A stretch of DNA of 53,837 nucleotides from an uncultured Eubacteriales bacterium (lineage in GTDB: Bacteria > Acidobacteriota > Aminicenantia > Aminicenantales > Aminicenantaceae), in assembly GCA_964445575.1 (NCBI GenBank), contig CAYULB010000004.1, positions 21,631 through 75,467 of the forward strand. The letters run 5' to 3'. The notes under the pieces are model-generated. The model did not search any database. It saw nothing but the letters and a program-made list of their open reading frames with translations, and was not told the origin of the DNA. Shown one piece after another: positions 26,957-37,846 of this stretch; positions within the stretch are counted from its first letter, which is position 1, and each line of letters opens with the position of its first letter. Position numbers and translations under genes: made by a program.

Positions 26957-27823
26957 ATGGCTGTTAACCTGAATCCGCCGCTCAAACAGAAGCTGAACCC
27001 TTTTTTATCCCCCCCCTACTTCCGCAGAAAAGAAGAAGACGTTAAATCAAATCGAATCAAGAGAAAAGTCAAGCTCAGACCCAAGCACATTATCATCAGC
27101 TTTCTGCTCATCAGCGGCTTATTCCTGTTGATACAGCAGGCCTATCTGTTCCTTATCACATGGGAGAAGCTGAAAGCAGACCAGGTTGGAATCAAATGTC
27201 CCAAACCTGAGCTGGAAAAAACAATTCAGAACTATTTCATGGAGAAAAATTTAGGAAACCTTTTGCTTCTGGATATAAAAAGAGTTCAGGAAACCATCAA
27301 ATCCCATGCCTGGGTCAAAGATGTTCACATCAAAAAGAAATTCCCTTCCACTCTGAGCATAGAAGTTGTGCCAAGAGTCCCCCTTGCTGTGATAAAGACA
27401 GAACAATATTATCTTATTGACAGAGATGGAATTCTGATTCAATCCATTGACCCTTCTGAAACAAAGGGGCTTCCTGTTATCATCGAAGACAACGACTTTG
27501 AGTCTGGATTCATGGACAAATTCGAACTGGCCGTAAAATGCCTCGATGACCTCTCTCCAGAACAAAAAAAAGGGGTAGAAAAGATAGACCTTTCCAAACA
27601 CAAGTGTGTCTCCATCAAGCTTGACCAAATTTCTCCCTGGCTTATTTTGGGAGACAGCCGGTTTTCAGAAAGAATCCAGGACTACACAGACAAACGGTCT
27701 TATTTTGCCAAATTCGGAGAATTGGAAAGCATAAACATAAGATATGAAGGCCGGTACATACTGACCCCGAGTAAAAAAGGATTTGATAGCCAATTATACA
27801 CCACAGGGAAGGAGGAAAGCTGA
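26957..27823 (+). CDS. ftsQ: Cell division protein FtsQ/DivIB
   Basis: TM plus POTRA-like WVKDVHIKKKFPSTLSIEV; directly upstream of ftsA. Confidence 0.85.
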   Translation: MAVNLNPPLKQKLNPFLSPPYFRRKEEDVKSNRIKRKVKLRPKHIIISFLLISGLFLLIQQAYLFLITWEKLKADQVGIKCPKPELEKTIQNYFMEKNLGNLLLLDIKRVQETIKSHAWVKDVHIKKKFPSTLSIEVVPRVPLAVIKTEQYYLIDRDGILIQSIDPSETKGLPVIIEDNDFESGFMDKFELAVKCLDDLSPEQKKGVEKIDLSKHKCVSIKLDQISPWLILGDSRFSERIQDYTDKRSYFAKFGELESINIRYEGRYILTPSKKGFDSQLYTTGKEES

Positions 27824-29046
27824 TGCCTAAAAACGGATATATTGTGGGGATTGACGTGGGGACAAAAAAAATAACAGCCCTCATCGGAGAAGTCACAGAG
27901 GAGAAAAAAATAGAAATCATCGGCATAGGAACAGCAAATTCAAGAGGGCTGAGAAAGGGAGTGGTGGTCAACCTTGATGCAACGGTAGAGGCCATAAAAA
28001 AGGCCCAGGAAGAAGCAGAGCTTATGGCCGGCTTTGAGATAGACCAAGCTTACATCGGAATCTCAGGAGCACATATAAAAAGTTTTAACAGCCGAGGTGT
28101 GATTGCTGTGTCTGGAAAAAACAGAGAAATCACTCGGGAAGATATAAGACGAGTCATTGAGCAGTCCAAAGCAGTCTCTATTCCCCCTGACAGAGAGATC
28201 ATTCACATCATCCCTCAGGAATATGTGGTGGATGAGCAAGACGGAATCAAATATCCCTTAGGAATGAGCGGGATAAAGCTGGAAGTCAATGTCCACATAG
28301 TCACAGGAGCCATCACTTCAGTGCAAAACCTTAAGACCTGCATATCCCGAACCGGCATCGGGATAGAACAGATCGTTTTGAACCAAATCGCGACCAGCCA
28401 ATCTGTTCTCACCCATGATGAGATGGAGCTGGGAGTGGGATTGATAGACATCGGAGGCGGAACCACGGAAATAGCTATTTTTGAAAGAGGAAGTCTCTGG
28501 TACACTTCAGTCATTCCTATTGGTGGAGATAACTTTACCAATGATATTGCTGTGGGTCTCCGAACTCCCATTCCAGAGGCAGAAAAAATAAAGAAAAAAT
28601 TCGGCTGCGTGTCCAGCCCTCTGGTAGATGAACAGGACACTATTGAAGTCCCTTCTGTGGGCAGGGCCAAAAAAGCCAGAGTGCTTTCCAGGCAGCTTCT
28701 TGCTGAAATCATACAACCGAGAGCTGAAGAAATATTTCGTCTGGTTGACAATGACATCAAAAGAATGGGTTATGAAAAATCACTGAATTCTGGCATTGTG
28801 CTCACTGGAGGAACTTCTCTTCTGGAAGGTCTTGAAGAAATCGCAGAAGGTGTGTTTGACCTTCCCGTAAGACACGGAGATCCCGGAGGAGCCGGAGGAC
28901 TGGTGGACAGAGTCAGCACTCCGGATTATTCCACCTCCGTGGGTCTCTTGCTCTACGGATTCAATAAATGGAAGGAAAAAGGATTTCCTAAAGATAAAAA
29001 GAAAGGCTTCTGGGTCAAACTTAAAGATTGGCTCAAGGAAGCATAG
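27823..29046 (+). CDS. ftsA: Cell division protein FtsA
   Basis: GIDVGTKKI, GLRKGVVVN, DIGGGTT, LTGG, C-terminal amphipathic helix. Confidence 0.97.
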   Translation: MPKNGYIVGIDVGTKKITALIGEVTEEKKIEIIGIGTANSRGLRKGVVVNLDATVEAIKKAQEEAELMAGFEIDQAYIGISGAHIKSFNSRGVIAVSGKNREITREDIRRVIEQSKAVSIPPDREIIHIIPQEYVVDEQDGIKYPLGMSGIKLEVNVHIVTGAITSVQNLKTCISRTGIGIEQIVLNQIATSQSVLTHDEMELGVGLIDIGGGTTEIAIFERGSLWYTSVIPIGGDNFTNDIAVGLRTPIPEAEKIKKKFGCVSSPLVDEQDTIEVPSVGRAKKARVLSRQLLAEIIQPRAEEIFRLVDNDIKRMGYEKSLNSGIVLTGGTSLLEGLEEIAEGVFDLPVRHGDPGGAGGLVDRVSTPDYSTSVGLLLYGFNKWKEKGFPKDKKKGFWVKLKDWLKEA

Positions 29047-29055
29047 GAGGTAAAA

Positions 29056-30276
29056 ATGAGTGAGGAACAAAAAAACAAACTAAAATTTCATCTGGTTGAT
29101 GAAAGCACTGGAGCAAAAATCAGGGTCATTGGAATAGGTGGAGGCGGCGGAAATGCCGTAAACCGCATGATAGAATCCCAGATTGATGGGGTGGAATTCA
29201 TTGCGGTTAACACCGACCTTCAAGCCTTAAACAGCAACAAATCCAGAACCAAGGTCCAAATAGGAAACAAACTGACCAAGGGACTGGGTTCTGGAGGCCG
29301 TCCTGACATTGGCCGGGAAGCATCTATGGAAGATACTGAAAAGCTGATTGAGCTCCTGGAAGGTGCAGATATGGTTTTTCTAACCGCTGGCCTGGGAGGA
29401 GGTACAGGCACAGGAGCTACCCCGGTCCTGGCTAACCTTGCTTCAGAAATGGATGTCCTGGCCATAGCTATTGTCACGCTTCCTTTTAATTTTGAAGGAA
29501 AAATCAGAGCAAACCAAGCTGATGAAGGATTGGAAGAATTAAGGTCAGCGGTAGATACTGTAATTTCAATCCCCAATGAGCGGCTTCTGGAAACAGTTAA
29601 TTTAGATACATCCATGCAGGAAGCTTTTAAAATGGCTGACGACATCCTTCGGCAGGCAGTGCAAGGGATTTCAGATTTGATCACCAAACCTGGATTGATA
29701 AACCTTGATTTTGCAGATGTCAAATCCATTATGAAAGGCATGGGCATGGCCTTTATGGGCACTGGGATGGCATCCGGAGAAAACAGAGCCTTGGATGCCG
29801 CTCAGAAAGCCATTTCCTCTCCCCTGTTGGTAGATACATCAATCTCCGGAGCTCAGGGAGTGCTCATCAACATCACAGGAGGCAAGGATATCCGCTTACA
29901 CGAAGTTTCCAAAGCATCTGAATTGATTCACCAAAAAGCCCATCCCGATGCCAACATTATTTTCGGAACTGTCATTGATAGTTCCATGAAAGAAACCGTC
30001 AAGGTCACAGTCATTGCCACAGGATTTGACGAACAGGAAGAGCAGGACCAAATCACGCCCCAGGAACTGATCTCTCATCCCTCTAAACAAACTCCTCCCC
30101 CTTTTGAAGTTCCTGAAGAAACCCCTCCCTACGTGTTCAAACCAAGAGGAAACCGGGTTATTGATGAAACTCCTAAAACCAGCTGGGAAAAAAGATGGGA
30201 TTCCTTTGATACTCCTTCCTTTATTCGAAAAAATAAAGAGAGGTCTGCAGGAAAATCCTCTCATGATATCAGCTGA
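29056..30276 (+). CDS. ftsZ: Cell division protein FtsZ
   Basis: [24 protein letters not shown]-terminal FDTPSFIRK. Confidence 0.98.
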   Translation: MSEEQKNKLKFHLVDESTGAKIRVIGIGGGGGNAVNRMIESQIDGVEFIAVNTDLQALNSNKSRTKVQIGNKLTKGLGSGGRPDIGREASMEDTEKLIELLEGADMVFLTAGLGGGTGTGATPVLANLASEMDVLAIAIVTLPFNFEGKIRANQADEGLEELRSAVDTVISIPNERLLETVNLDTSMQEAFKMADDILRQAVQGISDLITKPGLINLDFADVKSIMKGMGMAFMGTGMASGENRALDAAQKAISSPLLVDTSISGAQGVLINITGGKDIRLHEVSKASELIHQKAHPDANIIFGTVIDSSMKETVKVTVIATGFDEQEEQDQITPQELISHPSKQTPPPFEVPEETPPYVFKPRGNRVIDETPKTSWEKRWDSFDTPSFIRKNKERSAGKSSHDIS

Positions 30277-31534
30277 CTTAATCATTTCCGGATGTGATCA
30301 GCTCCTCACATGCAGGGGGTCTGCGCCCAAAAGAAAAGACCGTCTGCAGGAGTTGGGAGTGATCGAGAAAGGCTGTATAGCCTCCAGAAACGGAAATATT
30401 GTCTTTGTCGGCTCAGAAAATGAATTAAACAATAAAGTCTGCAAAGCCCCGGGATGCCTTACCCTAGAGGGAAGAGGAATGACCTGCCTTCCTGGACTTG
30501 TGGACTCCCATACCCACCTTCCTTTTGCCGGAAGCCGAGAGCAAGAGTTCCTTCTCCGGCTCAAAGGCGCTACCTATCTTGATCTTGCGGAAAGAGGCAT
30601 GGGCATACAGAGCACAGTGGATAAAACTCGAAAAGCATCCCTTCAGGAGATTGTTTCTCTGTGCCGGAAAAGACTGGACACCATGCTCCTTCACGGCACC
30701 ACCACAGTGGAGGCCAAAAGCGGGTATGGACTCAACTTAAAAGACGAGATAAAACAGCTGGAAGCCTTAAAAGAAGCTGACAAAGCACATCCGGTTGATA
30801 TCATCTCTACCTTTATGGGAGCTCATGAAGTTCCCAGGGAATATAAGGACAAAAAGCAGGAATACATAAAACTCCTCACTCAAAAAATTATTCCTATTGT
30901 GAAAAAGAAAAACCTGGCCGAATTTTTTGATGTGTTCTGTGAACAGGGGGTTTTCTCCTTAGCAGAGTCAAAAACTCTAATCCATGCCGGGAAAAAAGCA
31001 GGTTTCAAAATTAAAATCCACGCTGATGAATTTTCATCTCTGGGGGGCGCTCAACTGGCTGCTGAGGAAAAGGCCGTGTCTGCTGAACATCTTATCGCCA
31101 TAAACAAACAAGGCATTCAAAAGCTTTCCAAAGCCTCGACAGCAGCCGTTCTGCTCCCAGGTGTCCCGTTCTTTCTTATGCAGAATAAAAGGGCGCCCGC
31201 CCGGAGTCTTATTGATTCAGGTGCAGCCGTTGCCCTGGCCACAGACTTTAATCCAGGAAGTTCCATGACAGAATCCCTCTTCTTTATCATGCAGCTCGGT
31301 GTTTACACCATGAATATGAGTGTGGAAGAATCTATAAATGCGGTCACCCTGAATGCAGCTTATGCCGTGGACCGTCATAAACAGCTGGGAAGCCTGGAAC
31401 AGGGTAAAAAGATGGATGTGATTCTCTGCGACGCTCCTAATTATCCCTTTCTGGTGTATCATTTTGGAGTCAATCCGGTTAAACACGTCATTAAAAACGG
31501 AAAACTGGTGGTGAAAAACGGAATCCTCCTTTAA
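30263..31534 (+). CDS. hutI: Imidazolonepropionase
   Basis: [34 protein letters not shown]. Start moved to ATG 30263. Confidence 0.92.
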   Translation: MISADLIISGCDQLLTCRGSAPKRKDRLQELGVIEKGCIASRNGNIVFVGSENELNNKVCKAPGCLTLEGRGMTCLPGLVDSHTHLPFAGSREQEFLLRLKGATYLDLAERGMGIQSTVDKTRKASLQEIVSLCRKRLDTMLLHGTTTVEAKSGYGLNLKDEIKQLEALKEADKAHPVDIISTFMGAHEVPREYKDKKQEYIKLLTQKIIPIVKKKNLAEFFDVFCEQGVFSLAESKTLIHAGKKAGFKIKIHADEFSSLGGAQLAAEEKAVSAEHLIAINKQGIQKLSKASTAAVLLPGVPFFLMQNKRAPARSLIDSGAAVALATDFNPGSSMTESLFFIMQLGVYTMNMSVEESINAVTLNAAYAVDRHKQLGSLEQGKKMDVILCDAPNYPFLVYHFGVNPVKHVIKNGKLVVKNGILL

Positions 31535-31583
31535 AGAGCCCACAAAAAATCAAAAAAACCTTACCCAAAAAGAAATTCCTCCC

Positions 31584-31920
31584 TCATTCCGTCTCTGTCT
31601 TATCAATCAAATGCTGAACTTCTGCAGCAGCCAGTTTCCCCAGTCTGACACACACTTTCGAACTTGTGCCAGGGGTTCTGATATTTTCGCATTTTAAGGG
31701 AGCCTGGGACTGCCACCCCTTCCAGTATTCATCAACGGCCCTGCTGCATAATTTTTTAACTTCCTTCCTCTCTCCTTTTTTCTCTCCAAACGCAAACCCC
31801 AATCCCATAATTCCTCCAGTAAGAAGCCCGCACAGGTCCTTTTTTCCCATTCCCCCTCCAAAACCGCATGCAGCCCACACAAGTTCCTCCCTCAGTTCTC
31901 CCATTTCATTATAAAAAATT
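31584..31920 (-). pseudogene. C_GCAxxG_C_C family redox protein, apparently 5'-truncated
   Basis: GFGGGMG..DLCGLLTGG plus two downstream Cys. The predicted N-terminus (above ~31920) is repeat module B rather than coding sequence. Confidence 0.55.
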
Positions 31921-31969
31921 AAAAAATGAAGAAGAACGGCCATAAAAATCTGAAGTAAGCACAAACCAC
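31921..31969. repeat. Repeat module B, partial copy
   Basis: AAAAATGAAGAAGAACGGC..AAAAATCTGAAG..AGCACAAACCAC matches the 14.5 kb and 52.4 kb copies. Confidence 0.75.
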
Positions 31970-31991
31970 AATCCTTAGCTCCCCACGAAAT

Positions 31992-32044
31992 CCAGGTCCT
32001 TCACAAGCCGAAGCTGTGGCATACCTATAATAGGAATGGTCAGG
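31992..32044. repeat. Repeat module A, diverged short form
   Basis: CCAGGTCCTTCACAAGCCGAAGCTGTGGCATACCTAT...GAATGGTCAGG aligns with 14401-14454. Confidence 0.6.
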
Positions 32045-32045
32045 G

Positions 32046-33569
32046 TTATTTGAAATACTTATCCCACATCCTGTACTGGACCGCCTCAGATATATGAGCT
32101 GAATTCAATTCACCGGCTCCTTCTAAATCCGCAATGGTCCGGGCCACTTTAAGGACTCTATTATAGGCTCTAGCGCTGAATCCAAGTTTGTCCACTGCCA
32201 TGTGCAGGAGCTCTTCTCCATCTTTATCCGGCTTACAGAATCTTTTTACCTCCTTAACTCCCATTTCAGCGTTGCAAAAAATCTTTTGGCCTTTGAAGCG
32301 CTGGATCTGCCTTTCTCTAGCAAGGACCACCCTCTTGCTTATGGTTTCAGAAGGCTCCCCCTCCTCCCCTGAAGAGATCTCCTTATAATCCACTTTAGGC
32401 ACTTCTAAATAAATGTCTATCCGATCGAGAAGAGGCCCTGAAATTTTGGAATAATATCTGTTCCTCTGACCTTCTGTGCATTCATATTCTGAATGGGGAT
32501 AAGAGCCGTAGGTATCCTCAAGGGGATTCATAGAAGCCACCAGCATAAAGGAAGAAGGGTAAGTCACTGTCATAGAAGCTCTGGATATGGTCACTTTTCC
32601 GTCTTCCATGGGCTGCCGGAGACTTTCCAGAGCCTTTTTACTGAACTCCGGCAGCTCGTCCAAAAACAGCACTCCATGGTGTGCTAAACTCACATCTCCG
32701 GGCTTGGGGATCACTCCTCCGCCTATCAAACCCGCATCTGAAGTGGTGTGGTGAGGAGAGCGAAACGGTCTGTAAACCACAGCTCCCCTATCCCCTAACA
32801 GCCCCGAAACACTGTAAATCTGTGTCGTCTCAAGTATCTCATCAAATGTCATGGGAGGCATGATAGTGGGCAGCCGCCTTGCCATCATAGTTTTTCCAGC
32901 TCCGGGCGGCCCGATCATCAGGACATTGTGCCCTCCGGCCGCAGCCACTTCCAGAGCCCGCTTGCCGTGCTGCTGGCCTTTGATGTCCCTGAAATCCACG
33001 TTCAGCTCTTCTCTTTTGAGCAGGTCCTCCAGGCTCAAACAGGAAGGCTTGATTTCTTCGCTTTGATTGAGAAGGCAGATCACTTCTGAAATATCACTCA
33101 ATGCATAGATGTCGATCTCTTTTACCAATGCGGCTTCTTTCTCATTGGTCTTGGGTATGACAATGCCCTTGAAATTTTTCTTCTTTGCCAGCACCGCCGC
33201 AGGCAGGATTCCAGGGACTGGCTTGAGTCTTCCGTCAAGGGCCAGCTCACCTGAAAACAGAAAATTCTTAAGACTGTCACTGGGAAAAGCTTCTTGATGA
33301 GCCAGCAGCCCCAGAGAAATGGGAAGGTCAAAAGCAGAACCTTCTTTTTTTCTGTCAGCCGGCGCAAGATTGATCATGATTTTCCGCCTGTTGATAGGAA
33401 AACCACAGTTTTTAAGGGCGGTCTTCACTCTCTCGCTGCTCTCCCTGACCGTTTTATCCGGAAGCCCTACCATCACGAAATTCGGCACCCCAAAAGCAAT
33501 GTCCACTTCCACCTCTACCAAATAAGCTTCCACTCCGTAAAGAGCTGCTCCCGCGATTTTATACAGCAT
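32046..33569 (-). CDS. comM: YifB/ComM Mg-chelatase-like AAA+ ATPase
   Basis: VGLPD..VRES.ERV, NLAPAD.KKEG..FDLP, GPPGAGKT, FRSPHH, LFLDELPEF, SGPLLDRID. Confidence 0.93.
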   Translation of the reverse strand: MLYKIAGAALYGVEAYLVEVEVDIAFGVPNFVMVGLPDKTVRESSERVKTALKNCGFPINRRKIMINLAPADRKKEGSAFDLPISLGLLAHQEAFPSDSLKNFLFSGELALDGRLKPVPGILPAAVLAKKKNFKGIVIPKTNEKEAALVKEIDIYALSDISEVICLLNQSEEIKPSCLSLEDLLKREELNVDFRDIKGQQHGKRALEVAAAGGHNVLMIGPPGAGKTMMARRLPTIMPPMTFDEILETTQIYSVSGLLGDRGAVVYRPFRSPHHTTSDAGLIGGGVIPKPGDVSLAHHGVLFLDELPEFSKKALESLRQPMEDGKVTISRASMTVTYPSSFMLVASMNPLEDTYGSYPHSEYECTEGQRNRYYSKISGPLLDRIDIYLEVPKVDYKEISSGEEGEPSETISKRVVLARERQIQRFKGQKIFCNAEMGVKEVKRFCKPDKDGEELLHMAVDKLGFSARAYNRVLKVARTIADLEGAGELNSAHISEAVQYRMWDKYFK

Positions 33570-33644
33570 GGCCTTCTAATCACAAGACGTAATCCGATGT
33601 TATTTTTATCAATGAATGGGAGGGAAAATTTTTAATAAGGGATT

Positions 33645-34445
33645 CTACTTTTTAATAAATTCTCTCGCCAGCTTTTTTATTTCATCCTCAATATCCACTT
33701 GAGACTTGAATTTTATTTTGGTCATCCTTATCTGGGTATCCTTCTTCTTACCCGCAAACTCAATCTCATCTTTTGCTTTTTCTCTCTCTTTTCTGGCTTT
33801 CTCAATAGCTTCTTTTCTTTTTTCTTGTTCTTCTTTTTCCGGTTCCTTTTTTTCTCCGAATATTTTCTCTCTAACCACGGCCACGGTTAGTTTGGCGATT
33901 TCTTTAAGAGTCTCAAAGACCCCCACTCCATCTATAGCAGAAGATTCAATATAAGGAAGGTTTAAAGGATTGAGAAGACTGTTGAATGTCTCTGTAGGAA
34001 TGAGATTATCAAGGTCTCTTTTGTTGTATTGAAAAACCAAAGGAAAGAAATTCAGATCCACATTATAATCCACCAGGTTTTTCCTCAGTCCATCAAAATT
34101 TTCCAGATTGGCATCAAGCAGAGGGACCTGTGAATCAGCCACAAATACGACTCCATCCGCACCTTTAAGCACACTCTTTCGGGAGGCTTCGTAAAAAACC
34201 TGTCCGGGAACAGTCATAAGCTGAAAATGGATGCGAAAATCATGAATAAGTCCTGCTTTTATGGGAAGAAGGTCAAAGAAAATAGTCCTTTCCACAGGTG
34301 TTTCCAGACACAACAAATCACCTCTGGATTCAGGGTCCATCTTGCTGTAGATAAACCTCAGATTTGTGGTCTTCCCGCTCAATCCAGGCCCGTAATAGAC
34401 TATTTTTATGGCAATATTTTTGGTGGAATAATTAACAAACGCCAT
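33645..34445 (-). CDS. mglA: MglA-family small GTPase with charged C-terminal extension
   Basis: KIVYYGPGLSGKTTNL, RTIFFD, TVPGQVFY, GADGVVFVADSQ, NKRD. Confidence 0.85.
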   Translation of the reverse strand: MAFVNYSTKNIAIKIVYYGPGLSGKTTNLRFIYSKMDPESRGDLLCLETPVERTIFFDLLPIKAGLIHDFRIHFQLMTVPGQVFYEASRKSVLKGADGVVFVADSQVPLLDANLENFDGLRKNLVDYNVDLNFFPLVFQYNKRDLDNLIPTETFNSLLNPLNLPYIESSAIDGVGVFETLKEIAKLTVAVVREKIFGEKKEPEKEEQEKRKEAIEKARKEREKAKDEIEFAGKKKDTQIRMTKIKFKSQVDIEDEIKKLAREFIKK

Positions 34446-34479
34446 GTTCCCTAATTTCTTCTAAATTTTTACACAAACC

Positions 34480-35703
34480 TCAGTGAGTGTCAAACCCTAA
34501 AAACTGAAAGGCCTTCTTGTATTTATCCAGCACTTTGCTCCAGGAATAATTTTCCTCTACATATTTCCGTCCGTTTTCACTCATAAGGCTCCTCAATTTC
34601 TGGTCTTCAAGAAAAAGGTCAGCCCCAGCTTCAAACTCTTTATAATCAGAATACCACAATCCTCCATTGCTTTTCACACAGTGGTCTTTGAGGGGTTCTG
34701 TCCTCTCCTGAACCAGAATAGGAGTGCCGCAGGCCAGAGATTCCAGGGCTGCCATACACAGACTTTCCAGACGGGATGGATGAACAGTAAAAGCAGCCGC
34801 CTGCATGGCTGCATTTTTATCCTCGAGGCGCACAAATCCAAGGGAGCGTATCTTCGGGTGTTCAGGAAGTTCCATCAAGAGTTTCCCAATCAACACCAGC
34901 TCCAATTCCGGTCGTTTCCAGGAGTAGCGCTCAAAATAATCGATCAAATCCTGACATCCTTTTCCTTTTTCAATCCGCCCTGCATAGAGAATAAAAGGTT
35001 GACTCACCTGGTACTTTCGCTGAAACGCCTCCTTATCCGAAGGAGGGGGGATATCAATGCCCACTCCCACAATATCCTGATACTTTCCCTTGAAATCAAA
35101 ATTCCGGTGAAGCATCCTTTTCTCTGATTCTGTATTGAATATGAAGGCATCCGGCTGAGTGAAAACCTCTCTCATGATATTAAGATGGAGAGGCGGTTCA
35201 TCATGAGCTGTGGGCACCAGGACCTTGGGCCTGGTTATGCTCTTAAGACCCCAGTAAGTGTTATAATAAAGGTATGTAAAAAAAATAAACACATCGAATT
35301 TATGCTCTTCTTTTTTTAAAGCATGGATCAAGTCCGGACAATAAGGCCCCTGTCTCTCCATCCACTGGAGTTCCTGCTCCGAAGAATGTTCATGGGAAAA
35401 TATCCAATCCGAATATTGATTAAAGGCATGGATATCCCTTTGCTTCCTGACTTTAAAACGTTTTATGCTCACCCCGCTCAGTTCAGAAGTACCTTCAGGA
35501 TATTCATGTTTCCAGGTGATGTAATCCACTGCTGTGGTGGTGAAAACAGTACACTCAAATCCTTCTTCAGTCAGTTTTTCAGCAATCTGCCTGCAGTGGA
35601 ATTCAGACCCTCCCATGACTTCTTTTCCATATCTCTGAACCACAAAAGCGACCTTTATGTTATTTTTTTTTGAAAACATCTCACCAGCCTTTTTATGAAA
35701 CAA
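34480..35703 (-). CDS. GT4 family glycosyltransferase
   Basis: GRIEKGKG, ESLCMAALE (EX7E), YSW. Confidence 0.88.
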   Translation of the reverse strand: MFHKKAGEMFSKKNNIKVAFVVQRYGKEVMGGSEFHCRQIAEKLTEEGFECTVFTTTAVDYITWKHEYPEGTSELSGVSIKRFKVRKQRDIHAFNQYSDWIFSHEHSSEQELQWMERQGPYCPDLIHALKKEEHKFDVFIFFTYLYYNTYWGLKSITRPKVLVPTAHDEPPLHLNIMREVFTQPDAFIFNTESEKRMLHRNFDFKGKYQDIVGVGIDIPPPSDKEAFQRKYQVSQPFILYAGRIEKGKGCQDLIDYFERYSWKRPELELVLIGKLLMELPEHPKIRSLGFVRLEDKNAAMQAAAFTVHPSRLESLCMAALESLACGTPILVQERTEPLKDHCVKSNGGLWYSDYKEFEAGADLFLEDQKLRSLMSENGRKYVEENYSWSKVLDKYKKAFQFLGFDTH

Positions 35704-36760
35704 GGCCCTTAATATGCTCCAGTAATTTTTCCTGAGTCTGGAGTGATTTAAACTCCTCCAGCCTTTTCCTTTGGCCCTGGATGACTTTTTCTCTCAAAGC
35801 TTTATCCTCTGCGGTCTTGTGTATCAATTCCCCCAGCATCCTGAAGTCTTTTCGGTTTACCAGAACTCCTGCTTTGCCAAGAGTATAGGGAACTGCTGTG
35901 CAGTTATAAGCAATGACCGGAAGGTCAAACACCAGACTCTCTATAAAGGGAAGGCCAAACCCTTCGTGCTCGCTTAAGGAAAGAAACACATCCGAAGCCC
36001 TGTACAATGCAAACATTTCTGAATCCGGAATATGACCTGTGAAAACCACTTCATCTGGTTGAATAAAGAATTCATCCACAAATTTGATTAGGACTTGATA
36101 ATATTGAGGAAGGGAGGAAGTCTTTCCAATGATGATCAGTCTTACCAAAGGAGAGATAAATTTCTTGTAATACTGCACCACTCTTATCATGTCTTCAATT
36201 TTTTTATTGGGAACAATCCTTCCCACAAACAGAATGTTGGTCCTTTCATCACGGTACAAGTCGTGCACAAATTGATTTAGGGGCTTCCTGTATTTTTCAA
36301 AATCAATGAATAAGGGAAACACTTCTGTTCGTTTGAACCCAAAACTCTCAAGCTCCTGCCTGTTGTATTCGGAATCAGCCAGAGCAAGATGAGTGTGTCC
36401 AGCCAGACAAGCCACTTCCTCCCGGCCAATACGCGTGATCCTTTCCATTTCCTCACTGAAATCCTTAAAAAACTCCGGGGGGGTTATATTGTGATAAATG
36501 AGGGCTTTTTTCCCAGGAATTTCCTTAAATGCTTGGGTCATGGGTGAGGGCAGCGCAAAATGAAAGAGAGTGATGTCCTTTTTATCCGGCGCAGGGAACT
36601 TGGAAAAAAGTTCGGATTCGCTTTCCAGACCCGGATCCCTTTCAAGACAGTAAATGTTTGATTGGAATCCCTTGGATCTTAGAAATCTTTTGAGATGGCT
36701 GGCAGTATCTCCAATGGCATCTCCTCTGTGAAAACTGGGCACCCATTGATTCACTCTCAT
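35693..36760 (-). CDS. GT4 family glycosyltransferase
   Basis: GDAI, YHNITP, VGRIVPNK, SEHEGFGLPFIE. Confidence 0.88.
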   Translation of the reverse strand: MRVNQWVPSFHRGDAIGDTASHLKRFLRSKGFQSNIYCLERDPGLESESELFSKFPAPDKKDITLFHFALPSPMTQAFKEIPGKKALIYHNITPPEFFKDFSEEMERITRIGREEVACLAGHTHLALADSEYNRQELESFGFKRTEVFPLFIDFEKYRKPLNQFVHDLYRDERTNILFVGRIVPNKKIEDMIRVVQYYKKFISPLVRLIIIGKTSSLPQYYQVLIKFVDEFFIQPDEVVFTGHIPDSEMFALYRASDVFLSLSEHEGFGLPFIESLVFDLPVIAYNCTAVPYTLGKAGVLVNRKDFRMLGELIHKTAEDKALREKVIQGQRKRLEEFKSLQTQEKLLEHIKGLVS

Positions 36761-37830
36761 GACATGACCTCTCGAATATGCTGGATTAAAATCTGGCTCA
36801 CATTCTCCCTTTGGTATTTCTCCAGAGCTTTATTTTGAGAATCAATCAACTTTTCTCTAAATTCCCGGTCTTGTTGAATCCTGTCTATAAGCGCAGCCGT
36901 AAGAAGCGGGTCTTTCCTCTTTATCAGCATGCCTCCTTTATTCATGGTCTCTTTCACTGCCCCGGCTTCATACGCCGCTACAGGAATCTGATTGTAAAAA
37001 GCTTCAATAAGCGGAACCCCAAAGCCTTCATGTTCACTCATGCTTAAATAAACGTCTCCTGTCTTGAAATAAGCTGCCAGTTCAGAAAAGTCCACATGCC
37101 CGGTCAAATAAACATGCTCCAGGTCCAGTCTTTTTATCAATCTTTGAAGTCCGCTAAAGTATTTTTCCATACCCCTGTGATCTCCTACCAGAAAAAGCTG
37201 AGATTGGGGATTGAAATATTTCTGGTAAAAATAAAAGACCTTGATCACATCTTCAAATTTTTTATGAGGAGCCACCCGGCTTACAAACAAAAGAGTGGTC
37301 TTTTTGCTGTCCACTATCTCTCGGGTTATTGGGTCTCCTTCCTGGTCGAATTTAGATAAATCCAGAAGAATAGGGAGCACTCCGGTTCTTTTATAGCCTG
37401 CCTCCTCCAGTTCTCTGCGGTTGTACTCTGAATCTCCTAAAGCAAGGTCCACCCTGTCAGCAAAAAGCTTGAGTTCAAGACGCCCTTTATAACATTCCTT
37501 TGCCAGTATCCGGTGATAATCTATAAAAAAACGATAGGGAGTGATATTGTGATAAATCATGACTTTCTTATCCGGGATTCGAAAAAACATCTTTGAAACA
37601 GGTGAACCAATGGAAAAATGAAATATGACTATGTTTTTCTTTGAGCTGACCGCTGGGTATTCCCTGAAGTCCCGGGCATACTTTGCGGTCCGGCTGTCAT
37701 AATATTTAATGAATATTTCTGAATCAAATCCATGCTTTCTGAGAGCCTTGCGTATTTCCAGCATTTCATCCGAGATAGCATCTCCATATGTCAAGGATGT
37801 GGCAAATTGATGGACTTCCACTTCTGACAT
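36757..37830 (-). CDS. GT4 family glycosyltransferase (paralog of the adjacent gene)
   Basis: GDAI, YHNITP, SRVAPHK, SEHEGFGVPLIE. Confidence 0.88.
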   Translation of the reverse strand: MSEVEVHQFATSLTYGDAISDEMLEIRKALRKHGFDSEIFIKYYDSRTAKYARDFREYPAVSSKKNIVIFHFSIGSPVSKMFFRIPDKKVMIYHNITPYRFFIDYHRILAKECYKGRLELKLFADRVDLALGDSEYNRRELEEAGYKRTGVLPILLDLSKFDQEGDPITREIVDSKKTTLLFVSRVAPHKKFEDVIKVFYFYQKYFNPQSQLFLVGDHRGMEKYFSGLQRLIKRLDLEHVYLTGHVDFSELAAYFKTGDVYLSMSEHEGFGVPLIEAFYNQIPVAAYEAGAVKETMNKGGMLIKRKDPLLTAALIDRIQQDREFREKLIDSQNKALEKYQRENVSQILIQHIREVMS

Positions 37831-37846
37831 TCTTTAACTCAACTTT

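Noticed and set aside
30104-30262. N-terminal extension of HutI
   Set aside because: Overlaps the ftsZ C-terminus; ATG 30263 gives a normal-length protein.
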